Below, piece after piece: positions 26,439-36,737 of a stretch of 64,000 bases of DNA. Under the pieces are notes generated by a model. It worked only from the letters and a program-made list of their open reading frames with translations. It did no database searches and had not been told where the DNA came from. The stretch comes from Gammaproteobacteria bacterium. Lineage in GTDB: Bacteria > Pseudomonadota > Gammaproteobacteria > Ga0077536. The DNA is taken from NCBI GenBank assembly GCA_016209015.1, contig JACQWY010000002.1:77622-141621 (forward strand), read 5' to 3'. The number at the start of each line of letters is the position of its first letter. The stretch's first letter is position 1. The translations under genes and the position numbers were made by a program.

Positions 26439-27521
26439 ATGAAATTCGGCATCATGTTCGACACCCACGTCGACAAGTGGGAGCTCATCCGTTACGCCGA
26501 GGAGCTCGGCTACGACATGGCCTGGGTTCCCGACTCGCAGATGATCTGGTCCGACTGCTACGCGACGATGGCGCTCGCGGCGGTCAACACGAAGCGCATC
26601 CGCATCGGCACCGGTGTGGCGATCGCGGGCACGCGCATCGCGCCCGTGACCGCGCATTCCATCGCGAGCATCAATCAGCTCGCGCCGGGCCGCGTCTTCC
26701 TCGGCATCGGCACCGGTCACACCGCGATGCGGGTGATGGGCCAGGATCCGATGCCGCTGAAGGAGTTCCGGGAATATCTCCGCGTCGTGCGCGCGCTGCT
26801 CGCGGGTGAAGCCGTCGACTACACGTATCGCGGCGAGACGCGCGAGATAAAGTTCATCCACCGCGATCGCTACTTCATCAACCTCGACAATCCGATCCCG
26901 ATCTACATCGCCGCGAACGGGCCGCTCGCGATGAAGACCATCGGCGTCTACGGCGACGGCTGGATGTCGATCACGACCGACCCCGCGATGGTCCGCGACG
27001 GGCTCGCGCTCGTCCGCGAAGGCGCGGCGAAGGTGAACCGCACGCTGCCGGCGAATTTCCACAACGCGGTCGTGACCTCGGCCTGCGTGCTCCGTCCCGG
27101 CGACAGGCTGACGGACGATCGCGTGATCGACGAGACCGGCTCGATGGTGACCTGCGTGCTGCACTTCGCCTGGGAGGTCTGGAAGCAGCACGGCGAGAAG
27201 GACGAGCTCATCCCGCCCTTCTTCGCCGACGTATGGGAGCGCTACTGCGAGCGCGTGGCGAAGTATTCACTGCCGGAAGGCGCGCGCTTCCGCCAGATCC
27301 ACGACGGCCACTGCACGTTCCTGCAGCCGGAGGAGCGGCCGTTCGTCACGCCGGAGGCGATCCGGAACTGCTGCATCGTCGGCACGCCGGAGGATATCGT
27401 GCAGCGCATCCGCGATCTCGGGGCCGCGGGCATAAACGAGGTGAGCTTCCTGCCGCCGGCGGATTACCAGCGCAAGGTGTATCGCGATCTCGCAGAAATG
27501 GTGTTTCCGGCGTTCCGCTGA
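26439..27521 (+). CDS. LLM-class (luciferase-like) flavin/F420-dependent oxidoreductase
   Basis: ATG at 26439 is preceded by GAGGGGAGG. MKFGIMFDTHVDKWELIRYAEELGYDMAWVPDSQMIW is the typical LLM N-terminus. Size 360 aa. Confidence 0.75.
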   Translation: MKFGIMFDTHVDKWELIRYAEELGYDMAWVPDSQMIWSDCYATMALAAVNTKRIRIGTGVAIAGTRIAPVTAHSIASINQLAPGRVFLGIGTGHTAMRVMGQDPMPLKEFREYLRVVRALLAGEAVDYTYRGETREIKFIHRDRYFINLDNPIPIYIAANGPLAMKTIGVYGDGWMSITTDPAMVRDGLALVREGAAKVNRTLPANFHNAVVTSACVLRPGDRLTDDRVIDETGSMVTCVLHFAWEVWKQHGEKDELIPPFFADVWERYCERVAKYSLPEGARFRQIHDGHCTFLQPEERPFVTPEAIRNCCIVGTPEDIVQRIRDLGAAGINEVSFLPPADYQRKVYRDLAEMVFPAFR

Positions 27522-27524
27522 GGC

Positions 27525-28532
27525 TCAGAAGCGGCGGCGGATCGCGCCGAGGTCCTCGCCGCGCAGCTCGCGCAGTGCATAGCTCACGAGCTGCGTCGCG
27601 ACGTCCTTGCGCCAGCGCGTCTCGAAGTCCGTGTTGTCGACCGGCTTCGCGCGCGCGGCGACGCGGCGGGCGGTCGCGGCGATCGTCGCGTCGTCGAGCG
27701 TGCGGCCGATGAGCGCCTCGGACGCCTGCGGCACGAGGAAGGGCCGCGAGCCCGCCGCGCCGAGTGCGACGCGCGCGGCTTCGATCGTGCCGGCGGTGTC
27801 GCGCTTGACCGCGGCCGCGACGCCGAGCACCGGGAAATCGATCGCGCCGCGGCGCCGCAGCTTCCAGTACGTGCTGCGCCACCCCTGCGCGTCCGGCACG
27901 TCGACCGCGCTCAGGATTTCGTCCGGACGCTTCACGAGATGATCCATGCCGTCGTCGCGGTAGAAATCCTCGAGCGCGACCTCGCGCGTGCCTTCACGCG
28001 AGACGAGCCGCACGCGCGCCCCGAGCGCGACGAGCGCCGGCGCGCAATCCGAAGACGACACCGCGACGCAGCGCCTGCTCGCCGTCGCGACCCAGCACGT
28101 GTCGCCGTCCTTCTTCAGGCAACAGCCGATCGCGCGGCGCCAGGGCTCGCTCTGGTCGTAATAGCTGCAGCGCGTGTCGAGACAGAGATTGCCGCCGAGC
28201 GTCGCCTGATTGCGAAGCTGCGGGCTCGCCACGCGCGCCGCGGCCTGCGCGAGCGCGCCGTACTGCGCCATTCGCGTATCGGCGGCGAGCGCGGCGAGCG
28301 TCGTACCCGCGCCGATCGCGAGCGCGGCACCGTTCGTGAACGTCCGCAGCCCGGGGATCTCGCCGAGCGCGACGAGCACGCGTGGCGTCTGCTGCCGGCG
28401 CTTCATGTTCGGCAGCAGATCCGTGCCGCCCGCGAGCGGCCTCGCGGCCGGGCCCTCGCCCGCGAGGATCGTCGCGGCTTCGGCGAGCGTGCGCGGCCGG
28501 CGCAATTCGAAATCGGGCAGGCGCATCATCGC
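27525..28532 (-). CDS. Xanthine-dehydrogenase-family FAD-binding (medium, CoxM/CutM-like) subunit
   Basis: Start MMRLPDF. The ATGA overlaps the stop of the large-subunit gene. The FAD-binding motif LAGGTDLLPNMK is present. It is the third gene in S-L-M order. Confidence 0.7.
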   Translation of the reverse strand, partial: AMMRLPDFELRRPRTLAEAATILAGEGPAARPLAGGTDLLPNMKRRQQTPRVLVALGEIPGLRTFTNGAALAIGAGTTLAALAADTRMAQYGALAQAAARVASPQLRNQATLGGNLCLDTRCSYYDQSEPWRRAIGCCLKKDGDTCWVATASRRCVAVSSSDCAPALVALGARVRLVSREGTREVALEDFYRDDGMDHLVKRPDEILSAVDVPDAQGWRSTYWKLRRRGAIDFPVLGVAAAVKRDTAGTIEAARVALGAAGSRPFLVPQASEALIGRTLDDATIAATARRVAARAKPVDNTDFETRWRKDVATQLVSYALRELRGEDLGAIRRRF

Positions 28533-30961
28533 AGCTTCACCTCGCGTCTGATCTCGCGCCCGTCGCCGCCTTCCCAGGGCGGCGGCACGAACAGGGGCTC
28601 GGGATAGGGCACGTCGGGAAAGTGCTCGGGGCCGACGCGCGCCGGCTCGCCGCGCGCCTTGCGCTCGAGCGCGCGCAGGATCTTCCCGGGCGTCACCGGC
28701 ACTTCGTCGATGCGCACGCCGATCGCGTCGTAGACCGCGTTCGCGAGCGCCGGCATCACCGGCAGCAGCGGTCCCTGCCCCACTTCCTTCGCGCCGAACG
28801 GTCCGTTCGGATCCGGATCCTCGACGAGCACGACGTCGACCTCGGGCATGTCGAGCGCGGTCGGGCTCTTGTAGTCGAGCATCGAGGGCGCGCGATGCAC
28901 GAGCGCGTCGGAGAGCTTCGGCGGGAGTCGCCGGAACGCCTGCTCTTCCATCAAGGCCTCCCCGAGCGCCATGTAGACGCTGCCGATGACCTGGCCTTCG
29001 GCGAGCGTCCTGTTCAACGTGCGGCCGATGTCGTGCGCGATCCAGACCTTCTCGACGCTGACCCATCCGGTCGCTTCGTCGACTGCCACTTCGACGACGC
29101 AGGCTGTGTAGGAATACGCGGGCGAGGGGCCGATGCCGCCGCCCTTGTAGAGCGCGGTGTGCGGCGGCGGCGTGTAGGAGCCGACCGCGCCGAGCGTGCC
29201 GAAGCGTTCCTCCGCGGCGATCACCGCCTCGTGGAAGGCGAGCGCGCGCGCGGGATCGTCGGTGCGGAACACGCGGCCCTCCGCGAAGACGATCGCCTCG
29301 GTCGTCGTTTCGAGCTTCGCGGCCGCGGCTTCCGCGAGTTGCCCGCGCACGCGTTCGGCCGCGGCGATCGCGGCGTTGCCCATCATGAGCGTGACGCGGC
29401 TCGAGTAGGAGCCGAGATCGACGGGCGTGAGCGCGGTATCGCCCGTGACGCAGCGCACGTCGTCCGTGCCGATGCCGAGCACTTCCGCGACGAGCGCGGC
29501 GAGCACGTCGTCCGAGCCCTGGCCGACTTCGGTCGCGCCGCTGAACACGGTCACCTGGCCGCTGCGATCGAGCAGGATCTGCACGCCCGAGAGCGGCATC
29601 GCATTGCGATAGATCGGATGCGAGACGCCGGACATGTAGGAGCCGCAGGCGATGCCGACGCCGCGGCCCTGCGGCAGTCTGCGGTGCTTGCCGCGCCAGC
29701 CCGAGCGCGTGACGACTTCATCGATGCACTCCGCGAGGCCGATCGAGCCGATGCGGAACCAGTTCGTGCTGAGCGAGCCGGGCTTCGCGACGATGCCGAG
29801 CCTGAGCTCCGCGGGGTCCTTCTCCAGCGCTTCCGCGATTCGATCGAGCTGCACCTCCTGCGCGAAGCGCGGCTGCGGCGTGCCGTGACCGCGCTTCGGA
29901 CCGCAGGGCGGTTTGTTCGTGAACGTCCGGCAGCCTTCCCACTTGTAGCGCGGAATTTCGTAGGTCATCGCCTGCAGCGCGCCGGTGTAGAACACGCTCG
30001 CGACGCCATAAGACGCATACGCGCCGCCGTCGAGCAGGGTCTGCAGATGCATGCCGGTGATGCGCCCGTCCTGCGTCACACCCGTACGCAGGCGCATCGT
30101 CACGGGATGGCGGCCGCGGTGCATGTAGAAGACTTCCTCGCGCGTGAGACAGATCTTCACCGGCCGGCCGAGCCGCTCCGCGGCGCGCGCGACGACGAAC
30201 TCGTGATTGCAGAGATCGGTCTTGCCGCCGAAGCCGCCGCCGTTCGGGCAGGCGACGATGCGCACTCGCGCGGCCGGGCGGCCCAGCACGCGCGCCATCA
30301 TGCGATGCAGATAATGCGGCACCTGCGTGCTCGACCACAGCGCGAGCCGGCCGTCCGGTTCGAGCGCGGCGAGCGCGGCGTGCTGCTCGATGGGGAGATG
30401 CGTGCTGCCCTGGTAGAAGTAGAGATCCTCGAAGACGCGATCGGCGCCCGCGAGCGCCTCCTCGACGTCGCCGAACTCGAGCGCCTGCAGGCGATGGATG
30501 TTGCCCTGCTCGCTGTAGGCATGGAGCCGCGGCTCGGGATGCGCGAGCGCGTCCGCAGCATCGGCGATCGTGCGCAACGGGCGGTACTCGACCTCGATCG
30601 CCGCGAGCGCGGCCTCGGCCGTGCGCTCGTCGCGCGCGACGACGGCCGCGACGGGATCGCCGACGTAGCGCACGCGCTCGCGGGCGAGCGGATATTCGTC
30701 GGGCGTCACGGGCAGGATGCCGTAGCCGATGGGGAAGTCGGCGCCCGTCAGCACGAGCAGCACGCCGGGCCATGCCGCCGCGCGCGAGGTATCGACGCGC
30801 ACGATCTCCGCATGCGGATGCGGCGAGCGCAGGAGCTTCGCATGCACCATGCGCGGCAGCGTCAGATCGTCCGCGAAGCGGGTCTGGCCGAGCACTTTCG
30901 CGCGGCCGTCGACGCGCCGGCGCGCCTTGCCGATGACCGAGTAGCGCTCGCGCGCCGTCAT
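28526..30961 (-). CDS. Xanthine-dehydrogenase-family molybdopterin-binding large subunit (CoxL/aldehyde-oxidase-like; not a form I CODH)
   Basis: Start MTARERYSVIGK at 30961, obtained by residue arithmetic from the ORF end. The Moco-domain motif is CPNGGGFGGKTD. The active-site loop reads GIACGSYMSG rather than the CODH signature AYRCSFR. Size ~811 aa. Confidence 0.8.
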   Translation of the reverse strand: MTARERYSVIGKARRRVDGRAKVLGQTRFADDLTLPRMVHAKLLRSPHPHAEIVRVDTSRAAAWPGVLLVLTGADFPIGYGILPVTPDEYPLARERVRYVGDPVAAVVARDERTAEAALAAIEVEYRPLRTIADAADALAHPEPRLHAYSEQGNIHRLQALEFGDVEEALAGADRVFEDLYFYQGSTHLPIEQHAALAALEPDGRLALWSSTQVPHYLHRMMARVLGRPAARVRIVACPNGGGFGGKTDLCNHEFVVARAAERLGRPVKICLTREEVFYMHRGRHPVTMRLRTGVTQDGRITGMHLQTLLDGGAYASYGVASVFYTGALQAMTYEIPRYKWEGCRTFTNKPPCGPKRGHGTPQPRFAQEVQLDRIAEALEKDPAELRLGIVAKPGSLSTNWFRIGSIGLAECIDEVVTRSGWRGKHRRLPQGRGVGIACGSYMSGVSHPIYRNAMPLSGVQILLDRSGQVTVFSGATEVGQGSDDVLAALVAEVLGIGTDDVRCVTGDTALTPVDLGSYSSRVTLMMGNAAIAAAERVRGQLAEAAAAKLETTTEAIVFAEGRVFRTDDPARALAFHEAVIAAEERFGTLGAVGSYTPPPHTALYKGGGIGPSPAYSYTACVVEVAVDEATGWVSVEKVWIAHDIGRTLNRTLAEGQVIGSVYMALGEALMEEQAFRRLPPKLSDALVHRAPSMLDYKSPTALDMPEVDVVLVEDPDPNGPFGAKEVGQGPLLPVMPALANAVYDAIGVRIDEVPVTPGKILRALERKARGEPARVGPEHFPDVPYPEPLFVPPPWEGGDGREIRREVKLR

Positions 30962-31464
30962 GCCGGCTCGCCGCGCATGACGGCCGCCGCATGCGCGATG
31001 GCGTCCACGATCTGCTGGTAGCCCGTACAGCGGCACAGGTTGCCGCCGATCGCCTCGCGGATCCGCGCCCGATCCGGTGCAGGCTCGGCGGCGAGGAGCT
31101 GCTTCGCGCTCATCAGCATGCCGGGCGTGCAGTAGCCGCATTGCGAGCCGCCGAGATCCGCGAACGCCGCCTGCAGGGGATGGAGCCCGGGACCGTCGGC
31201 GAGCCCTTCGACCGTCTCGACCTGGCGACCGGCGCAGGTCTGGGCAAGCACGAGACAGGACAGCACGGACGCACCGTCGAGCAGCACGGTGCACGCGCCG
31301 CATTCGCCGAGCTCGCAGCCGTGTTTCGTGCCCGTCAGACCGAGCTCCTCGCGCAGCGCTTCGAGCAGTGTCACGTGCGCCGCGCACGCGATCGCGACGG
31401 GCTCGCCGTTGACGCTGAATTCGCAGGGCTCGCGTGGGGACGCGGGACGGGTCGAGTCGTTCAT
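30958..31464 (-). CDS. (2Fe-2S) iron-sulfur small subunit of the Mo-hydroxylase (CoxS-like)
   Basis: Start MNDSTRPAS at 31464. The complement of ATG was verified. The first Cys cluster has the spacing C-x4-C-x2-C...C (CELGECGACTVLLDGASVLSC), and the second is CGYCTPG ... CRCTGY. The stop overlaps the large-subunit start (ATGA). Confidence 0.8.
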   Translation of the reverse strand: MNDSTRPASPREPCEFSVNGEPVAIACAAHVTLLEALREELGLTGTKHGCELGECGACTVLLDGASVLSCLVLAQTCAGRQVETVEGLADGPGLHPLQAAFADLGGSQCGYCTPGMLMSAKQLLAAEPAPDRARIREAIGGNLCRCTGYQQIVDAIAHAAAVMRGEPA

Positions 31465-31553
31465 GAGAATTACCGGTGTGTGGAAGGCGGCGCGCCTGCT
31501 CCACCGTAGGCGGCGGCGGTGCATCCCGCTATCCCGTAAATCCGTGACGCGCG

Positions 31554-34190
31554 CTACAGGAGGTCGAGCTGGCGCGCCCTGGCGATGGCCTGCGTGCGGG
31601 TATGCGTGTCGAGCTTCTGGTTCACGCGCCGCAGGTGGGTCTCGACGGTGTTGTCCGTGATGCCGAGCAGACGCGCGATCTCCTTGTTCGCGCGACCGTC
31701 CGCGACGAGGCGCAGGATCGCCGTCTCGCGCGGGGAGAGCAGGCCGCGGCCGGCAGGTGCGAGCGGTACGGCGCCGCGGCGGGCATCGAGTTTCGCGACC
31801 GCGTGCCCGAGCCGCGCGAGTTGCGCCGGCTCGCCGCGGCCGCTGCGCGCGAGCTCGTCCAGCAGTCCCGCGAGCGACCAGGGTTCGTCCGCGAAGGCGC
31901 GCAGCACGCCGCTCGGCGCCGCGGCGCGCAGGGTCTGCTCGAGCGTGCGCAACGCGGCCGGGCGCTGACCCGCGGCGGCCTGGGCCTGCGCCTGCAGACC
32001 CTGCAGGAAGAATTTGCGGCGGCGGCGGCCCTGGGCGTCCGCCCGTTCGATCAGGGCCGGCAGCGCGGCGAGCGCCCGCTCCGCGTCGCCGGCCACGACG
32101 TCGAGGCGCAGGCGTGCTTCTGCGGGACCGTCGAGATCGTGGGCCGGAAGCTCGAAGCCCGCGTGTGCCGCCCACAGGCGCGGCTCCGCACCCAGCTCGA
32201 CATAACGCCGCGCGGCCTCGACGTCGCCGCGCAGCAGCGCGAAACGCGCGCTCTCGAGCCACGCGGCCGCACGCGGCCGCGGCACGCCGCGCACGTCGCC
32301 GAGATCGCCGAGCGTCGCGAGCAGGCGCTCCACGCGCTCACCCGCGCCGGCGAGGAAGGCGGCACGCGCGGCGCAGCGGCAGGCGAGGATCACGGTGTCG
32401 AGGTCAGCCGCCGCGCGGATCGCCTGCAGATGTTCCTCGAGCAGGCTCGCCGCGCCGACGTCGTCGTCGAGCTCGTAGAGCGCGAGCGCACGATAGACGG
32501 CCGCGAGCCCGGCACCGACGCCGCCGCTGACTGCGGCATCGAGGCGCGCGAGCGCCGCGCGCGGATCGGCGCGGGAGAGATCGAGCGCGGCCTCGAAGCA
32601 CACGCTGTAGGTGTTCGCCCAGCCGCCCGCGCTCGCGCTCTTCGCGGCGGCGAGCAGGAGCGCGGCCTCGTCGCCGGCACCGCGCGCGATGGCATGATAG
32701 GCCATGATGTTGCGTGCAATGCCGTCGAGCATCGTCCGTCCGCGATCGAGCTGCGGCGCGTAGTCGGCGATCTCCCGGCGTGTGAGATCGTGGCGATCCA
32801 TGAATTCGTGGAGGAGCGCGGCGAGGATCGTCGCCTCGAGCTCGGCGCCGCGGTCGCGGCGGCAATGCGCGAGGGCGTCTTCGGCCGCAGCGTAGCGATG
32901 GAGCGCGATCATCGCGTAGGCCCTGGCGCGTTGCAGCGCCGGGCGCGTGCCGGCGAGCGCCCCCGGCAGGGCGTCGAGCCAGCCCGCGACGGTCTCGATG
33001 CGGCCGGCCGCGACGAAATCGAGCGCGCACTCGGCCATGAGATCGGCCGCGAGCGCGAACTCGCCGGCGGCGAGCGCATGATCGATCGCCGGCGGAAAGC
33101 GCTGCCGCTCGCGATACCACTGCGCCGCGCGGCGATGCAGTGCCGGCACCTCGGACGGCGCGGTGCGCGCGAGCTCGGCCTGCAGGAAATCCCTGAACAG
33201 CGCGAGGAAGCGATAGGCCGGTCGGGCCGCGGGCGGGCCGAAGGCCACGATGAAGGCGTTCGCACGCGCGAGCCCGGCGAGCAGCGTCGCGCTGTCCGTG
33301 GTGTCGAGCACGGCGTCGCAGAGCTCGCCCGACAACTGTTCGAGCACACTCGAGCGCACCAGGAACTGCGCGACGTGAGGGTCGAGGCCGTGCAGTACGT
33401 TCTCGGCGAGATAGGTCGCGATGCCCGCGCTATGCCCCGAGAGCTCCGCGATCCAGCGCGCCGGATCGCGCTGTCCCGGCAGCGCGAGCGCCGCGAGCCG
33501 CACCGCCGCCGGCCAGCCCTCGGTGCGCTCGTGCAATTGCGCGGTGGCCGCCGCATCGAGCCCGAGCGCGGGCTGGGCCGCGAGGAAGGCCCGCGTCTCG
33601 TCCGCATCGAAGCGCAGCGCAGCGGCATCGAGCTGCCGCACACGCCCGCGGAGCTGCTGCGTGGAGAGCGCGAGACGCCCGAGCCCGCGCGCACCGACGA
33701 CGATGCGCTGTCCGTCCTGCACGGCGTCGATCATCTCCTGCACCAGGCGCAGGACCTCCGGCGCGGTGATCTTCTCCACGTCGTCGAGGAACAGCGTGCA
33801 GGGCCCCGCACTCGCGATCGCATCGAGGAGCGCGGCGGCGCCGGCGCCGGCCGCGCTGAAGGGATCGGGTCCCGCGACGGCCGCCGGCAGCGCGGTGATG
33901 CGCTCGGCGAAAGCGCGCAGATAAGCGACGAAGCGGCCGGGATCGTCGTCGCGGGCATCGAGCGTGAGCCAGCTCGCCGGACGCCCGGCGAGCAGCTCCG
34001 CGGCGTAGAGCTCGACCATGAGCGTCGTCTTGCCGAAGCCCGCGGGCGCGACGATCGCGACGAGCGGCTCGCTGCTCTCGAGAATCGCGGCGACGAGCCG
34101 CGTGCGCCGGAGCGCATCGCCCGCGCGCTGTGGCGCGGTGAGCTTGCCCGGAATGAGGCGCGGCACGGCGGGCGTGGCGGCTCGCGTCAT
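31554..34190 (-). CDS. MalT-like large ATP-dependent LuxR-family regulator
   Basis: Walker A: APAGFGKTTLM. Long helical repeat region. C-terminal LuxR HTH: LSPRETAILRLVADGRANKEIARLLGITDNTVETHLRRVNQKL. Size 878 aa. Confidence 0.8.
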   Translation of the reverse strand: MTRAATPAVPRLIPGKLTAPQRAGDALRRTRLVAAILESSEPLVAIVAPAGFGKTTLMVELYAAELLAGRPASWLTLDARDDDPGRFVAYLRAFAERITALPAAVAGPDPFSAAGAGAAALLDAIASAGPCTLFLDDVEKITAPEVLRLVQEMIDAVQDGQRIVVGARGLGRLALSTQQLRGRVRQLDAAALRFDADETRAFLAAQPALGLDAAATAQLHERTEGWPAAVRLAALALPGQRDPARWIAELSGHSAGIATYLAENVLHGLDPHVAQFLVRSSVLEQLSGELCDAVLDTTDSATLLAGLARANAFIVAFGPPAARPAYRFLALFRDFLQAELARTAPSEVPALHRRAAQWYRERQRFPPAIDHALAAGEFALAADLMAECALDFVAAGRIETVAGWLDALPGALAGTRPALQRARAYAMIALHRYAAAEDALAHCRRDRGAELEATILAALLHEFMDRHDLTRREIADYAPQLDRGRTMLDGIARNIMAYHAIARGAGDEAALLLAAAKSASAGGWANTYSVCFEAALDLSRADPRAALARLDAAVSGGVGAGLAAVYRALALYELDDDVGAASLLEEHLQAIRAAADLDTVILACRCAARAAFLAGAGERVERLLATLGDLGDVRGVPRPRAAAWLESARFALLRGDVEAARRYVELGAEPRLWAAHAGFELPAHDLDGPAEARLRLDVVAGDAERALAALPALIERADAQGRRRRKFFLQGLQAQAQAAAGQRPAALRTLEQTLRAAAPSGVLRAFADEPWSLAGLLDELARSGRGEPAQLARLGHAVAKLDARRGAVPLAPAGRGLLSPRETAILRLVADGRANKEIARLLGITDNTVETHLRRVNQKLDTHTRTQAIARARQLDLL

Positions 34191-34332
34191 GCGTGATCCG
34201 TCGATTGGGGGCTCACAGTGTACTGAATCGACGTCGCGGCCGGCGCGGCGGGGTACCGGCAGGCCTGAACCCAGGCGGAGCTTCCTTTAGTAAACTGTCC
34301 CCGCAATTCCCCTCCCGACCACGAGAGACCTC

Positions 34333-34704
34333 ATGAGCGCACGCCAGACCTCGCAGCACCCCGCCACATGTCGCACGCGAGTGCACCGCTGCGGCCTCGG
34401 CGTGTTCGCCCTCCTGCTCGCCGGCTGCAGCTTCAACGTTCCCGAAGCGCGCCTCGAGCCGCGGGTGGAGGCCATCGTGATCACCGCCGATCCGGCCGCC
34501 CTGCGCGGCTGCACATTCCTCGGCTCGTTCGCCGGCAGCGGCAAGCGCGACGGCGTCGGCCAGGCCGCGAGCCCGCGCACGCGCTCGCTCGCGAAGCTGC
34601 AGGGCGACAAGCTCGGCGCGACGCACCTGCTGGAATACGCCCTCGACGTCGATCTCGACACCTCTTTCGACTACACGGCATACCGCTGTCCGCCGCGGCC
34701 CTAG
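34333..34704 (+). CDS. Hypothetical small lipoprotein
   Basis: The signal peptide ends in the lipobox LLLAGCSF. Size 123 aa. I recognise no family. Confidence 0.45.
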   Translation: MSARQTSQHPATCRTRVHRCGLGVFALLLAGCSFNVPEARLEPRVEAIVITADPAALRGCTFLGSFAGSGKRDGVGQAASPRTRSLAKLQGDKLGATHLLEYALDVDLDTSFDYTAYRCPPRP

Positions 34705-34920
34705 ATACGGTCTGCGCCGCGTCCGCAGTCATCGGGTGCGGAGCGCTCATTCCCCGGCCGGGAGATTCTTCGCGAGCCTGACGGCGTGCAACAGGCCGAC
34801 CTGAACGTGCTCCTCGAACGCGTCCCGCCGTTCAGCGCCGGCGTCACGGGCCTCCGTGATACCCGCCGCACTGCGCGCGCCGCGACAATCCGACCCTCCA
34901 CCGCTCCCGGAGCTCACGCC

Positions 34921-36231
34921 ATGGCCGTCACGTTGATGGACGAACACTACGCCCGCCGCACGCGGCCCGACGCGCCGCCGTTCAACTGGCCCGCGGCACC
35001 GCGCACGACGCCCGATGCCCTCGGCGCCGAAGCGCCGCCGAGCACGCTGGAGGCCGAAATGCGCCGGACCGTGCATCAATTCGCGGCACGCGTGATGCGG
35101 CCGATCGGCGTCGCGCTCGATGGGCTCACCGCCGCCGAGGTCATCGCCCCCGGCTCGCCGTACTTCGACTACCGCAGCGAGCTCATGAAGCTCGGCCTCA
35201 CGCCGCGCGCCTTCCTCGAGCTCACGGCCGAGGAACGTGGACGCCTGTTCCCGGTGATCATGGAAGAGTTCGGCTGGGGCGACGCCGGTCTCTCCATCGT
35301 CTACGGCGCGAGCTGCCTACCGCCGCTGATGGCACTCGTCTTCCGGCGCCGGTTCCTGATCGAGCGTTTCCCGGAGACGCTGCGCGGCTGCTGGGCGATC
35401 ACCGAGCCCGATCACGGCAGCGACACGCTCGATCCCGGTGCCGAGGCCTTCCACGCGGCGGGCCGCTACGGAAGACCGAACTGCATCGCCCGGCTCGACG
35501 GCGATCGCGTGATCATCGACGGTCAGAAATCGGCGTGGGTGTCGAACGCGCCGCTCGCCGAAGTGTGCGTGCTCTACTGCGCGGCCGACACCGGCAACGG
35601 CCCCGACGCACGGCACGGCGTCTGCGTGCTCGTACCGCTCGACGCGCCGGGCGTCTCGCGCGGCAAACCGCTCGAGAAGATGGGCCAGCGTCCGCTGCCG
35701 CAGGGCGAGCTCTTCTTCGATCATGTCGAGCTCTCCGCCGATTACGTCGTCGCCGGCCCCGAGGACTATCAGCGCGCACTGCACTTCATCCATTGCGAGG
35801 CGAACAGCCAGATGGCGTGCATCTTCACCGGGGTGGCGCGCGCCGCTTACGAGCTCGCGCATGCCTACGCCCACCAGCGTCGGCAGGGCGGCGTGCCGCT
35901 CGTGCGCCATCAGCGCGTCGCGACGCGGCTCTTCCACATGTACCGGAAGATCGAGGCCTCGCGCGCGCTCGCGAAACGCGTCGCGTATTTCAACAACACC
36001 GCCGCCGTGCCGTCTCTGCCGGCCGCGATGTCCGCGAAGATCACCGGTACGCAGACCGCCTTCGAGGTCGCGAGCGAGGCGCTCCAGATCTTCGGCGGCA
36101 ACGGCCTCACGCGCGAATATCCCGTGGAGAAAATATTTCGCGACGCGCGCGCCGCGCTGATCGAGGACGGTTGCAACGAGCTGCTCGCGATCAAGGGCGG
36201 AATGGGGTTGATCGATCCGGAGCTCTTGTAA
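34921..36231 (+). CDS. Acyl-CoA dehydrogenase family protein
   Basis: ATG at 34921 is in frame within ORF 34786..36231. ACAD middle and C-terminal domain features: WAITEPDHGSD, IFGGNGLTREYPVEKIFRDAR. Confidence 0.7.
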   Translation: MAVTLMDEHYARRTRPDAPPFNWPAAPRTTPDALGAEAPPSTLEAEMRRTVHQFAARVMRPIGVALDGLTAAEVIAPGSPYFDYRSELMKLGLTPRAFLELTAEERGRLFPVIMEEFGWGDAGLSIVYGASCLPPLMALVFRRRFLIERFPETLRGCWAITEPDHGSDTLDPGAEAFHAAGRYGRPNCIARLDGDRVIIDGQKSAWVSNAPLAEVCVLYCAADTGNGPDARHGVCVLVPLDAPGVSRGKPLEKMGQRPLPQGELFFDHVELSADYVVAGPEDYQRALHFIHCEANSQMACIFTGVARAAYELAHAYAHQRRQGGVPLVRHQRVATRLFHMYRKIEASRALAKRVAYFNNTAAVPSLPAAMSAKITGTQTAFEVASEALQIFGGNGLTREYPVEKIFRDARAALIEDGCNELLAIKGGMGLIDPELL

Positions 36232-36335
36232 GCCTCACAGGCAAATTGCCCGGCGCGACCGGGCGATTCGCCCTTGTCCCGCTGCCGGTGCGCGCGCCAC
36301 ACTCGCCGCCCCACTATCGATGCAAGGAGCTCACG

Positions 36336-36731
36336 ATGATCGGGATCTGGAGTGCGCACGCGCAGGTCTTCCTGCTCGTGCTGTGTGTCGCGACCTCGGC
36401 ATGTTTCGCCCTGCCGCTGTTCTTCGTGCCGATCGCCTGGGCGAGAATCTTCCGCTGGACGATCCCCGCCGAGACCGATCTCGCCGTCTACTTCGGCCGC
36501 TGCCTCGGCGCGTTCGTGTTGATCGTCGAGGCGCTCATGCTGCGCGCCGGCCTGACCGGCACCGGTCTCGAATTCACGTTCCAGGTGCTGCTCGCCGTCG
36601 CGGGGATGATGGTGATCGTGCACGTCTGGGGCTACGTCAAACGCATCCAGCCGTTCACCGAGACGCTCGAAATCGGCATGTACTCCGGGATGGGGATCCT
36701 CTGCGCGTTGTTCTATCCGGGGCTGTCGTAG
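36336..36731 (+). CDS. Hypothetical small membrane protein (~131 aa, 3-4 predicted TM helices)
   Basis: ATG at 36336 is preceded by AAGGAG. The sequence is hydrophobic (VFLLVLCVATSACFALPLFFVPIAWARIF...). It sits in the C-terminal part of ORF 35535..36731. Confidence 0.45.
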   Translation: MIGIWSAHAQVFLLVLCVATSACFALPLFFVPIAWARIFRWTIPAETDLAVYFGRCLGAFVLIVEALMLRAGLTGTGLEFTFQVLLAVAGMMVIVHVWGYVKRIQPFTETLEIGMYSGMGILCALFYPGLS

Positions 36732-36737
36732 AGGTCT

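Noticed and set aside
34241-34300. Possible degenerate remnant of the repeat families (GAGCTTCCTTTAG ... CCCCGCAATTCCCCTCC) upstream of the lipoprotein gene
   Set aside because: Similarity is only about 12 of 16 positions to two different families, and there are no inverted partner arms. This is too weak to call.
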